This document shows positions 9,890 through 20,384 of a DNA stretch of 52,458 nucleotides, piece after piece. Each line of letters starts with the position of its first letter. Position 1 is the first letter of the stretch. The position numbers and the translations under genes are program-made. Source of the DNA: Octopus sinensis (taxonomy: Eukaryota); assembly GCF_006345805.1 (NCBI RefSeq), contig NW_021833913.1:1-52458 (forward strand), given 5' to 3'. The notes beneath the pieces were generated by a model. It was not told the origin of the DNA and did no database searches. It worked only from the letters and a program-made list of their open reading frames with translations.

Positions 9890-10460
9890 TACATAAGTGT
9901 CGACATTGAAGGGTTTCTCAAAAAAATTTAAGAACTTTCAATGTCATTTAACCTGGATGAAACTGGAATATACTACTTCTATCCAGAAGTATTTACATGA
10001 CTGTTTGGAGAATATAAAAACATCACAGATAGAGTATTTATGATGTTATGCGCAAATATGTTTGGAAATCTTGAATTGAAGTTTTTATTGGTTAGAAAAT
10101 CAAAAATGCCAAGGTTTTTCAACAAATATGATTATCTGTGTTTTGTTTCGTATTGCAGTTTTTGAAAGAGCATGGATGGCCGTATATATTTTTACTAACT
10201 GGATAATAAACTTTGATTACCTTTTGAAGGCAGAAAAAATTTTGCTTCTTATAGACAATTGTCCTTCTCATTGCTTAGATACAAGAATAATTCAGCCAAT
10301 GGATTTTGGTATTAGTAAAACGTTCAAAGTGCATTTTAATAAACAAAAATTGGAGTATCTTACTGGATTATTGGAAAAATAAAACATGTCGATATATAAA
10401 CCATATAAACATTTAAAACTCACAGACATTGTTCTATTTATAAAAATGGCTTGGGAAGAT
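9890..10460 (+). mobile_element. Decayed pogo/Tigger (DDE_1) transposase
   Basis: NLDETG, MLCANMFG, RAWM, ILLLIDNCPSH, IIQPMDFGI; frameshifted. Confidence 0.8.
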
Positions 10461-10876
10461 GCATCTTCGAAAAAAAAATTTTAAATAGCAAAAAGAAGAA
10501 AATTGGAACTGAATATTATTTCGATAAAATTTAATAATTCGGTTGTACTTATGCATGAATTTGGCTGTTTTTATCTACGAGAAGTTTCTAATAAATATTT
10601 TAAATTCTGAAATTTTCCATTTCAAAAATTTGTCGCAAATTCGACAGGAACCTAGAATGAAAAAAATAGTTTACTGTATTATTAATCAAATAATGAACGA
10701 TTTTTGAGATCATAAAATATAACATTTTTTATTCATTAAATGAACATGGTTCGATCAATTCGATTTGAGACAACAAAATTACATTACCAAATAATTATGA
10801 AATAACCTTCATAATAAATGATTACATTTTTGTATATATAGTCCTGTAATATCCCATTTTGTATTCCTTCCCCCTA

Positions 10877-11824
10877 ATGAATGTTTGCAATGAAGGAATT
10901 GACTGTATAATATTCAGACTATTTATCCATTTTAGTAAAGGACCACCAAAAGGACAACTTTACCCTACAATTGGAACGCATTCACAAAGTCCAGACTCAA
11001 CTAGAATATTATTTTTCCGAGTTATTCACTAATTCTTAAAATTAAGTATCAACTTGGCATATGACAGATACATACCAAAAATAATTGACGTCGACGAGTT
11101 CGTTGAAATTGCACAAATAGTCAAGTTTAAGCGAATGAACAAGTTCAAAGCAACTCCCGCCGATGTCATTTCGGCTGCAGAACGTGAGGAGTAAGATTCA
11201 TTTTTAGTCTCATCATTTCTTATTTTAAACAAATCAAAATCAAAAATAAAAGCTAAAAACCTCCCAATCGTAATTGAGGCCTACATTCTAGGCTTCGACA
11301 CAGAACAAGTTAAATTATTGAATATTCAGAAATTATGGGAAAAACTGCTAAACCCAGCAGGAATTACAAACGTGGAAGTACAGGCTTGGCGGCAATTTGT
11401 TGACAAATGGGTCCTCTATACTGACTCGTTTGGCAAGGCGGTCTTCGTCTACGACCAACTTAGAGAAAAGGGGGTTTGTCGCCTTGTATTTATTCAGAAA
11501 ATTCGCATTCGGCACATCTTTACTCCCAGATACAAAAGAGATGATCGGAAAGCGTCTATTGGTTTTAAAATGTAATATTTGGGATAGAAACTGACCCAAA
11601 AATAAAACCACAGCCGACGATGTATTTGGTCTATCCCGTCTATTACTATTCTGATCTGTATTATGAATGTTACGCAATCAATGATTTAAGATGGACTTGG
11701 GATACGAAAACAGTAAAATTATATTTTTAAAAAACAGAATTCCTGTTACCACAAGTCTTATCAAACTAATATTTTTGACCCAATGGTAGCCAAATATGAC
11801 TGGAAAATGTCTTGCTATTATTAA
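10877..11824 (+). CDS. La-motif protein (LARP family) with a degenerate RRM and a unique C-terminus
   Basis: Introns at 10905-10935, 11021-11046, 11184-11207, 11474-11497, 11562-11587 and 11714-11738 give one frame: KVQTQLEYYFSDINLAYDRYI...FVEIAQIVKFKRMNKF...ISAAELSSFLILNKSKSKIK, then AYILGFD and FGKAVFVY. The 3' exons are less certain. Confidence 0.78.
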
Positions 11825-12699
11825 TTTTCAATTGATTGGTTTCTTTGAATATTTCATTTTTTTATAAGTACTATAAAAATCACGATTTATTCAATAAAAC
11901 AAAACAATTAATCGGATTAAGGTTCCCCGTTTCTGATGGCGTCAAATACAATCTTAAATTGTATCCAAAAAGACCTCTCCTTGGACAACACTTCCCCGAA
12001 GTTCGGGAACATTCCCGGTGGTTGCTCAGCGTCTTTGGAGATGTTGATGATACTTCTAGACCTATAAAGAAGACCAATATATTGAGACTAAATTTGCCCT
12101 AGGGAATTGTGTCGGTACATCAAAAAAGGCTCCAAGAACCGCTGAAGGAGGCTAGATCGTCTGAATTTTGTTATTTTTGGTAATGAAGGTGGTTTTCTGA
12201 TTCAATAAATAAAATAACTAAGATATGATGAAGGAGGACTTGTATTCTCTGTCCTTAATGCATAAAAAATGGGATTATTCGGGTCATTAAAGCAAACAGA
12301 TTTTTTTATAATAGCGAAATACCTCAAGCGCAAATACAGCATCTAAAAAAACTGGGAAACTTGACTTAACATACTGAAAGAAATGTAGGAGAACCCTTTA
12401 ATTGAGTAAATAATGAAAAACCATTGGATGCAATTCTCTTTGATTGTTTAAATGATCCCAACGTTGATGCTGTTGAATCCTCCCATTGGTTTTTGCATAG
12501 AAATAACCCAGGGGTTTCTGTGTTTCATACAGAACATTCATTTATTTTCGGCAATACTGGAAGAATGTTGATCGCTTAGCAACGAAGTTTGGTCGAATGC
12601 TAAATAGTGACTACTCAAGAAGTGTATATATTTATGCAGGAAGTATGCATATAACATTAATTAGAAATAAGTAGGGGAACAAGGAAATATCAGAATGAA

Positions 12700-13539
12700 T
12701 AATCAAGTTAGTTAATTAGTAATATCCGAATTTTTAATTATGCACAATCCCTTCTGCACAGCATATTTCTTGATGCTGGATAGCGACAGAGGTTGCAATC
12801 TATTGTGAGTGAACTAACCCACCATATGCATTCCCGGTTCTTAGTCTTGCTCCGATTCCTGAATCCGCATCTATTCTAAAACTTTTGCCAGTTAATAATA
12901 TAGTCAGCGGAAGATTGAAATTCGTAATACTTATATGAGAATATTTAAGTGTACGTTGTGGGTTGAGATCCATTGGTAAAAATGCACATTTTCTGGCGCG
13001 CATACATACTATACAATGAGTAACTTAAAATACATAAGGGTTAACGGACGACTAATTTTTGGCGACTGAAAAATGGCATATGAGGGCATTACACTGTAAT
13101 ATTAGTATGCGATTTTTACAAAGATCGTAAACTGATGACATTTGCAAAGGCCTCTACATCTAGGTAACGAAGTCCATAACACGAAAACAGACCTCTAATA
13201 ATTCAAAATATTTAAATGTACATAGAGGATAAGCGATCCAATTTATCAAATGAGTTGTTTAGTATTTTCGTTAACGAGACTCCACCACAGATACTAATAT
13301 TAATAAAATGATGATTACAATTCCTCCAAGTTAGTTAAATTAGAGAATATTTCTCCATTGGGAAAAGTAATGTCGTTCGCAATAATAATAGATTTTGAAT
13401 GTTCGGCAACATTTTCTGCATTGAATTCACAATTTCTCAAAGATCTAATTTTAATTGAGCAATTCTTTAAAAACCTTTGTGTTAAATCACAGTCACTTTG
13501 AATCCCAAAGTGAACAAAAAGCAGCACAAGTGGAAACAT
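12700..13539 (-). CDS. Secreted or surface LRR protein, one repeat per exon; 3' end unresolved
   Basis: Signal peptide MFPLVLLFVHFGIQS; IFSNLTNLEEF|ICGGVSLTKILNNSFDKLDRLSSI|GLFSCYGLRYLDVEAFANVISLRSF with phase-2 introns of 25, 27 and 26 nt. Confidence 0.65.
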
Positions 13540-14189
13540 TATAATTAAGCGTCAAATTTTATTGTCAATATCTCATTGGTTAGACATTGAATTAATACAT
13601 TTATTAAACTGTATTTGTTAATATATATTACTTTGCCCTTAATTTTCGTGGAGATGAAATGGGGGTAGACTGCTACATTTTTGGTATGATTCTTGAATCT
13701 GTTTCATATTTACTGACTTGTTTGTGAATCCGTCGTCTACCACACACATCAGAAGTCTCACAAATAAACAAACATTTTCTCTCTTGGTGTCTCATTTACA
13801 GTCTTCATGGCAGGTTCCACATATTTGCACGTCTGCTCTGCCCTATTACTGAAATATCTACCTACTTCATTTGCAGCCCAACTGTGTTAATTCACCAATA
13901 CTTCTTACACAATCAAATAAAAAAACTTTATTGAGTTTAGTCAAATAAACTTGACAGAATTGTGAATTCTTTCATATCTCAATCTCTTACTATATCACTT
14001 TAGAAGGTGACTTTATTTCCCACAAATCAAAAAGAAGATTTTTACCAAATTTCGTATTTTTGATTTTTAAATCAAAATGATGACAGTGCATTACTTGTTG
14101 CGTCATAATACTTTCTTTTATCTCACTAGCTTTTACAGTTTTAAGTAAAGTAAATATATTCCTTGAACAATTACTACTCTTTTTTTACT

Positions 14190-14720
14190 TCAGCAAACAT
14201 ACTCTGGAAAGCGGAGGTAAAGCTATGTTTAGCCGATGTCGAAATACCATTCCAAAAATCGCAAAATATTTTAGGAGTAATATACAACACCCATAGTCAT
14301 TCTCGCAGCAAGTGAATAATGTGATCATGGGATGTATGAAGAAAATCAACATTCTCAGAGTTTTCCTTCAAAAATGCAGGCAGTTGACAAACCTCGCCAC
14401 TCTCAAAACCGTCTATAAGCAGTAAATAGAACCCACAATTAGTTACGCCTGCGCAGCGTGAGGAAATACAATCAGCTACACCAATCTGGAAAAAATTTTC
14501 CAAAATTCAATAAGAATCTGCAAAACTCTAGAATAACCAAACGAACAACTAAATGTTGCCATTTTTGAGAGGATCTTGCGAAGAAATGAGGGGGAAGACA
14601 CACACATTGACAAACCCGACGCGCCCCTATAGAAAATGTGCAGAAACAAGGGAAGAACGTCAGGAAAAAATGAGGACCGTCCTTAAAGAAACTGGAATCA
14701 CCCGATTAGTAATGCAACCT
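14190..14720 (+). mobile_element. Decayed APE-type LINE, post-RT region
   Basis: DVEIPFQKSQNILGVIY, KKINILRVFL, TLKTVYKQ*IEPTISYACAA*G...SYTNLEK. Confidence 0.6.
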
Positions 14721-14860
14721 TAAAAATTGGCCTTAGCATTTTCCCTTACGAATACATAAGTTAATCCACTTGTACATATTCTACAAGTTGGTATCAATGT
14801 AATTCATATATAGCTAAAAATTTTAAAAGGAACGACATTTATTAAAACGAAACAATTAGT

Positions 14861-15394
14861 CTAAGATATGATAGAGGAGGCATTGGTGGAGGTACTAAAC
14901 GTGAACAAGCAACCCGAACTATCTAAATGTGGGAGGCAACACTTTTTTGGTTCGGTAATATCTCGCCAGACGGTGGATTTTGCTCTCGGTGAGGAGGAGT
15001 CTGTATTTGGAATCCTTGTCCGTCCTGTTTTTCTCGAGGTGTTTGCGGATGCTGATGGCCTTGCTGATCAGCGAGTACAAGTCCTCGGGACATTTCGGTG
15101 CCAAACCATTCTTCTTGAGGATCCTCAACACCTTGTTGGAGGCACACCGAGATATATTCGGCACTCCGTAGCAGTCTCGTAGTGTTACTCCTCGAGGATG
15201 TTTTCGATAATCAAACCTATTTGTGAGGGTTTCTGACCCTTTCTGGCCAGACGGCAGATTGTTGTCTCAATTTCCTGAGGAGTCAGACCCACCCATTTTG
15301 GACGAGACTTCTGGATTGGCAGAACTGAACGAGACTTTCCCTTCCTACTCTAATCAATGGTTTATCCAAACCCTTTTCCATACATACGACCCAT
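14861..15394 (-). CDS. RPS13: 40S ribosomal protein S13 (uS15), 151 aa
   Basis: Introns of 27, 26 and 25 nt; spliced length 456 nt; [10 protein letters not shown]...[11 protein letters not shown]...[31 protein letters not shown]. Confidence 0.97.
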
Positions 15395-15554
15395 GTTTAA
15401 CAACAAGATATAACGTGCTTAATATTAATTATTTTTTATTAAAATTATTTACGAGTTTATATTCATAAAAAACAATTATTATATCAATTATAAATTTTGA
15501 CGCTTTTTGTTTAATAATAAAATCTATTATCTTCATTTACACAGAATTATTTTA

Positions 15555-16575
15555 TTAGTGGCATCGATAAAACTAATCATTGACCACCTTATCCGTACTT
15601 GTACTCAAAACATATGCAATTCCCCTTTTGACGATTGGGGTTGGAGACAGGCAACCCTCCCGTTAGTCTTTGGGGGGCTCAGTATCCGCTCATGTTCCGA
15701 CTTAACATTCCCTGCTTTTCTCTCGTCCCTCTCCCCGAGCCACACACTTGTCATATAAATTCTACGCTCTTTTTCTAAATTTTTCTTGGACACAAATGTG
15801 GCTCATTTTAGCGAAGTCTGGAGGGAACAATGTCTTGACATAGGATCGAATAGGATGCAAGCAAACTTTCAATCTGCTGCTCGAGTCGTCCAACCAACAC
15901 CGCCGCGCTTGCCTTCTTTCGGCAGCATCCCCAACCAGTTGAGTATGGCTTTGCACATTCCCGAACCCCTCACCCTCTTTGATAATGAATCGGTAAGGAT
16001 TGGAATCTCTTTGCGCTTCGAACTAAGGCAATGTGTCCCGCACGCGCGTCGTTGTGGCTGCACTGTTGACTCTTTCGGTCTTTATCTATTATCGTGCAGA
16101 AGGAGTGCCGGACGTTTTCCAAGGCACTCAGCCATGAATGACATCATACGGAGGGCCCTCGATTTGGCGGGATTTCCTTCGGTCCTCGAACCACCGGATC
16201 TTGACCGCGGTGACGGGAAACGTCCTGATGGGATGACCCTTTTCTCTTTTGAGGACGGAAAAGGTCTCCCATGGGACGCAACCTGCTGGGATACTTTTTC
16301 TGCTTGACTTCGTGTGCTCTGGAGGCTAAATCTGCTGTTAAGAAGGCTGAAGATTTAAAGCTAACCAAATATTCTGCCCTTTCGGACGAGTTTTTCGTGA
16401 TGCCAATAGCTGTGGAGACCTGGATGCTCTTGGTCCAAAAACGGAAAAATTCCTCCGCAAGCACTGGGCCAAAACCAGCGGTTCTCGATTGCCGTTATCC
16501 GGGGGAACAGTTTGGTGATCCGTCAGGCCGCTGGCCCTCCCATCGTTTAATCTTTTAACACTTTTTACAAAGCCA
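15555..16575 (+). mobile_element. 5'-truncated CRE-clade RLE non-LTR retrotransposon (decayed)
   Basis: WRQATLPLVFGGLSIR, zinc knuckle (RRCGCTVDSFGLYLLSC...RH), KRPDGMT...WDATCWDT, AEDLKLTKY, PIAVET, FSIAVIRGN. Confidence 0.85.
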
Positions 16576-16999
16576 ATAAATATTAAGATCTTGCTTATTT
16601 TTTTCTATTTAATGTTAAATTCTTGGATGATTCTCCAGATTTTGTAATATAATTTTTTAGATTTATGAATTTCAATATCATTCTAACTCAGCGTGGTTGA
16701 AAATGTAATCATTATATTTTGTAAATAAAAATTTATATGGACAAATTTCTAATTTTGAATTTTCTTTCTAAATTAATGTCTTTTATATATCTGTTTCTAA
16801 TTTTGTTTTAAGTTTCCTATCGTATCTGTTTTAATTTAAATTTAAGTTTCTGTCTCTAATTTGGAATTTTACTTTTCACGTTTGCATTTTAATTGAAAAA
16901 TTATTTTGTCGCTCCAAAATTTATATTGGAAGATTATTATAAGTGAATTAGATGATTATGCAAATATGTCGATATTTTAATTTGTTTGTTTTCGTAGAG

Positions 17000-17330
17000 A
17001 TTTTTTTACCAATGTCAGTGAAAAGTTAAGTCCTAGCTTTGCCGACGATTCCTAAGATTACAAGGCAGAGAGAAAACTAAAAATAAAGAGAGAAATACCT
17101 GCGTATTTCGAACTCTTAACTCTTCATTCTAAGCATTGGCGGACTCCGGATTGCTGCAGGTCTTGGGTAGAGATGTCACCAAAAAAGATTCGACGCAGGT
17201 GGCGTCCCAAAAAGGGACTTGCCTTCTCTGAAAGGAAATATCCTCATCCCCGAGACGCTTACCGTCGCTTCGAAAAAAGCCGACAGTGTCTAAAGGGGAA
17301 GAAAAATCAGCCGACTCTAGAGCCCAAATA
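17000..17330 (-). mobile_element. CRE-like RLE 3' fragment
   Basis: The minus strand gives ...PFWDATCVESFLVTSLPKT...SANA, homologous to the endonuclease region of the 15.6-16.6 kb element. Confidence 0.65.
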
Positions 17331-17624
17331 TTCTAAACTGATTTTTAAAAAATGAATATTTCAATAAATATTTGTAGATTAATTTGGATTTTTTAAATTT
17401 TCGTTGAAAAAAATATTTTATTCAAAACGTAAGATTTAAAAAATTGTTTATATGCTTACTAAAATACAAATCTCAAAATAAAATAGAAATGATAGTTTAA
17501 TTTTGAAAAGTTAATATTCTCAAAAATGAAAATTCCGCATTCGAAAATAAAAAAATCTCAACGATCGAGATTTACGTTACGAAACGTAGTTTAAATTGAC
17601 TGTTTGAGCTTACTGCGTTCAAAA

Positions 17625-18152
17625 ATGCAATTTCCAGATAGACCACACCAGCACTATTACCAAAACTTAATCAGCAACGACATGAACAAAATTCATATAA
17701 AACGACCAAAAAATGCATTTTTTATTTGGTCGACTGAAGCTCGAAAACATTTTTCTGCGAAGTATACAAATTACAGAAATCATGAAATTTCAAAACTGCT
17801 AGGTCAGTTTTGGAATGAAATGAACGAAGAAAACAAAAGACCCTACTTCGATAAAGCAAGAGAAGAGAGGATACTTCACCTTAAGACTTATCCAGACTAT
17901 ACTTACTGTCCAATCCGAAAAAGAAAATCTAAAAAATCATTCAAAAAACCGTTAGAAATTCCAAGCACTACTCAAAATGTCGAATTCGCTACATTTGATA
18001 AAAATATAATTCAATATGATTATTACTTTCAAAACTCAGAGAACCTCCAACCAGATATTTACTACACGAATTTTGACACGATGGAATATTTTGAACCTCA
18101 ATCATATTCGACAAATAATGACTGGTATCCATTTTACGGATATAAGTACTGA
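17625..18152 (+). CDS. Divergent Sox-family HMG-box transcription factor (intronless, 175 aa from the first ATG)
   Basis: HIKRPKNAFFIWS...NHEISKLLGQFW...KRPYFDKA...HLKTYPDYTYCPIRKRK; Tyr/Gln-rich tail. Confidence 0.85.
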   Translation: MQFPDRPHQHYYQNLISNDMNKIHIKRPKNAFFIWSTEARKHFSAKYTNYRNHEISKLLGQFWNEMNEENKRPYFDKAREERILHLKTYPDYTYCPIRKRKSKKSFKKPLEIPSTTQNVEFATFDKNIIQYDYYFQNSENLQPDIYYTNFDTMEYFEPQSYSTNNDWYPFYGYKY

Positions 18153-18479
18153 TTTATGACTTTCTTAACTGTTTAATTCGTAAATTTGCATTAAATTAGT
18201 TCATTTTATTCCTTAGTCGTTCTAATATTGACTTTAACATACAAGAATCATATATTGCATTCCGTTAATTTATCCTCCCACATTTTTCCTAAACTTAAAA
18301 GGTCTTATTTCAAGAATATTCAGTTGATTTTGTCACTCCCTATTGGTCCTATTACTAATTTCCTGAAAGTGTGGATAGTATACAGAATTTATAGGCTTTA
18401 GTTATAAGCAAACAAATTGAATTTGAAGAAAAGTAGTTTTGTTAGAGAAGATAAATATATAAATGAAAATAATAAACTG

Positions 18480-18670
18480 ATTTAAAGTATGAAAGGGTAA
18501 AACAAATAGGATTCGCCAGTGACTGCACCCCGCATAGCAAACGAGTCACCTCGCAAGATTGCTATAGATATTCTCTGGTACAGCCAAAGGGTTTCCCGGT
18601 GGTTAAAGGTCTTCTTTCCGATCAGTTTCCCAGTTATAGACAGAACCCTTTTCCCAGGAAAGTAGTTGTA
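18480..18670 (-). mobile_element. CRE-like retroelement extreme 3' fragment
   Basis: RETLWLYQRISIAILRGDSFAM. Confidence 0.7.
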
Positions 18671-19038
18671 TATAATTATAATTATTGACAAATGTTTTAA
18701 ATATCTGCATAATTTAAAAAATGAAATTCAATTTTTATTTCTAATGATTTCATGCTAAGTTAAAATGCAGATTTTGTGCAACATTTAGATTTTCTTTGGT
18801 CAATTTTAGTAAAATACATTGTAAAATAATTGATTAGAAAATACAAGAAATAATCGGCTTAAATGTGGGCATTAACCAAGTGTCCAGAATTTTATTGATT
18901 AAAAAGTGTTAATTTTAATTTGTACAAAAATAAAATTTCAGTGCGAATATCAAAGATTCCTATCTTGTACTATCAAAAAGTACAATTCTTTCAAAAATAA
19001 CATAAAATAAGGAATAAAACATCCAAAAATGAAGTAAA

Positions 19039-19809
19039 TTAGGAGTAGAGAGAAATAATGGCCTTTAGTTTCTCATACTGTGGATTATTGTCCTTGTCCA
19101 ACAACTCCCTCGCCTGTCGATTGAGTTCCTTGGAGGGCATAAAACAAGACTAAACATTTCTGGCCTTCTTCTGCTCGTAGAAGACGGCGGCATTGGCTCT
19201 GCGCTTGTCCTCCAACTCCTCCACCAAGTCGGCACTCTTCCAGCCAAATCGACGGGCCACTTGCCCCAACACGGTGAACTGCCGTCAGAGGGATGACCAA
19301 CCTTGCGGTGGGGCTTCAAGCATACCGCCTTCACAGCACGCGGGAAAACCATTTTCTTTGTTCTCTGGAATCGGAGAGGAACTCCTTCGAAGGTGGACAA
19401 GCGGGAGAAGGCCTCTGATCCGCGGGATGTCCGATAGGGGATCATTCCTTCTCGTTATGCTCACTCACAACCTCGGACTGCCTTACGAAACATTCCCCCG
19501 GGGGCTCGGAAGTGGAGTGGTCCCTTCTTTGGGTTTGTGTTGGTTCTCTTGTGGAGATACGACTGGAATTTCACTGAGGATTTAAATGTCGGGACTACAT
19601 TTGTTCTTCCTTTCTGACCCTGAGACGATCAGTTTCTCACATCGAAGTACCACCACTTCTCTCTTTGCTGAAAGACATCAAAAGGGCTCTCATACTTGTG
19701 AGGAGTAGTTTGGCGATTATACTCGCGAGTCTCCCTTCTATATGATTGCTGGCATCCACAATTAGAGGCTAATATTCCATACATCGAGGTATACCTTATT
19801 ACTGTTCAT
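19039..19809 (-). CDS. RPL13A: 60S ribosomal protein L13a (uL13), 205 aa
   Basis: Six introns (26, 28, 25, 24, 23 and 27 nt); spliced 618 nt; LIVDASNHIEGRLASIIAK, KRTNTNPKKGPLHFRAP, VRGMIPY, LKPHRKFTVLG, GWK, LEDKR. Confidence 0.96.
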
Positions 19810-20384
19810 GTCAACAAGTTATCACGTGGCTGATAATTTATTATTTTTAAATAATTATTCTTTTTCCCCATTATTTAAAGCTATTAATAATAACCTTAAT
19901 TAATTTTCAAAAAATTGTTATGATCGCTATTTTTGGGAGTTTACCTGATAGCCAAGTCTGTGTTAATAACTAATTACCTTAAAAATGTATTTTTAATCTA
20001 TTCCTAGTATAAACAGAGAGAAATGGGCTCATGTTAGATGGAGATTTCCAATTAACCTATAAAGTCCTGTTATAATATTTAGTTCTCTATTTGTCGATTG
20101 CAAAAAATTTCTAAAACGTTTGATTTTTGCACCAAATTGTATATTTTTGCAAGAAATCGTCACTTAAATGAACCAACGATAAAATTTCATGTTCTTCAAT
20201 ATTGTCAGATTCTAAAAAGAATTTGCATCTTTCGAAAAAAAATTTGGCAAACAAATGAAGTACAACAAAAATATTCGATTTTAAAATTCAAGTCAAATCA
20301 TTTTGACAAAACCAAAAATCAATTTATTAGTTTGATATTATACTTTTATAACTGTTATATTAGTAAGTAGTTAATATTCACAAT

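Noticed and set aside
11474-11594. Frameshift in the La-motif gene (alternative frame GKRLLVLK resembles an RRM beta-4 strand)
   Set aside because: The original frame continues through 24- and 26-nt GT-AG introns with no frameshift needed.
12960-13003. CAFLPMD resembling the SICLPMD loop of glycoprotein hormone receptors
   Set aside because: It lies directly after the LRRs with no TM1-4 before it; probably chance.
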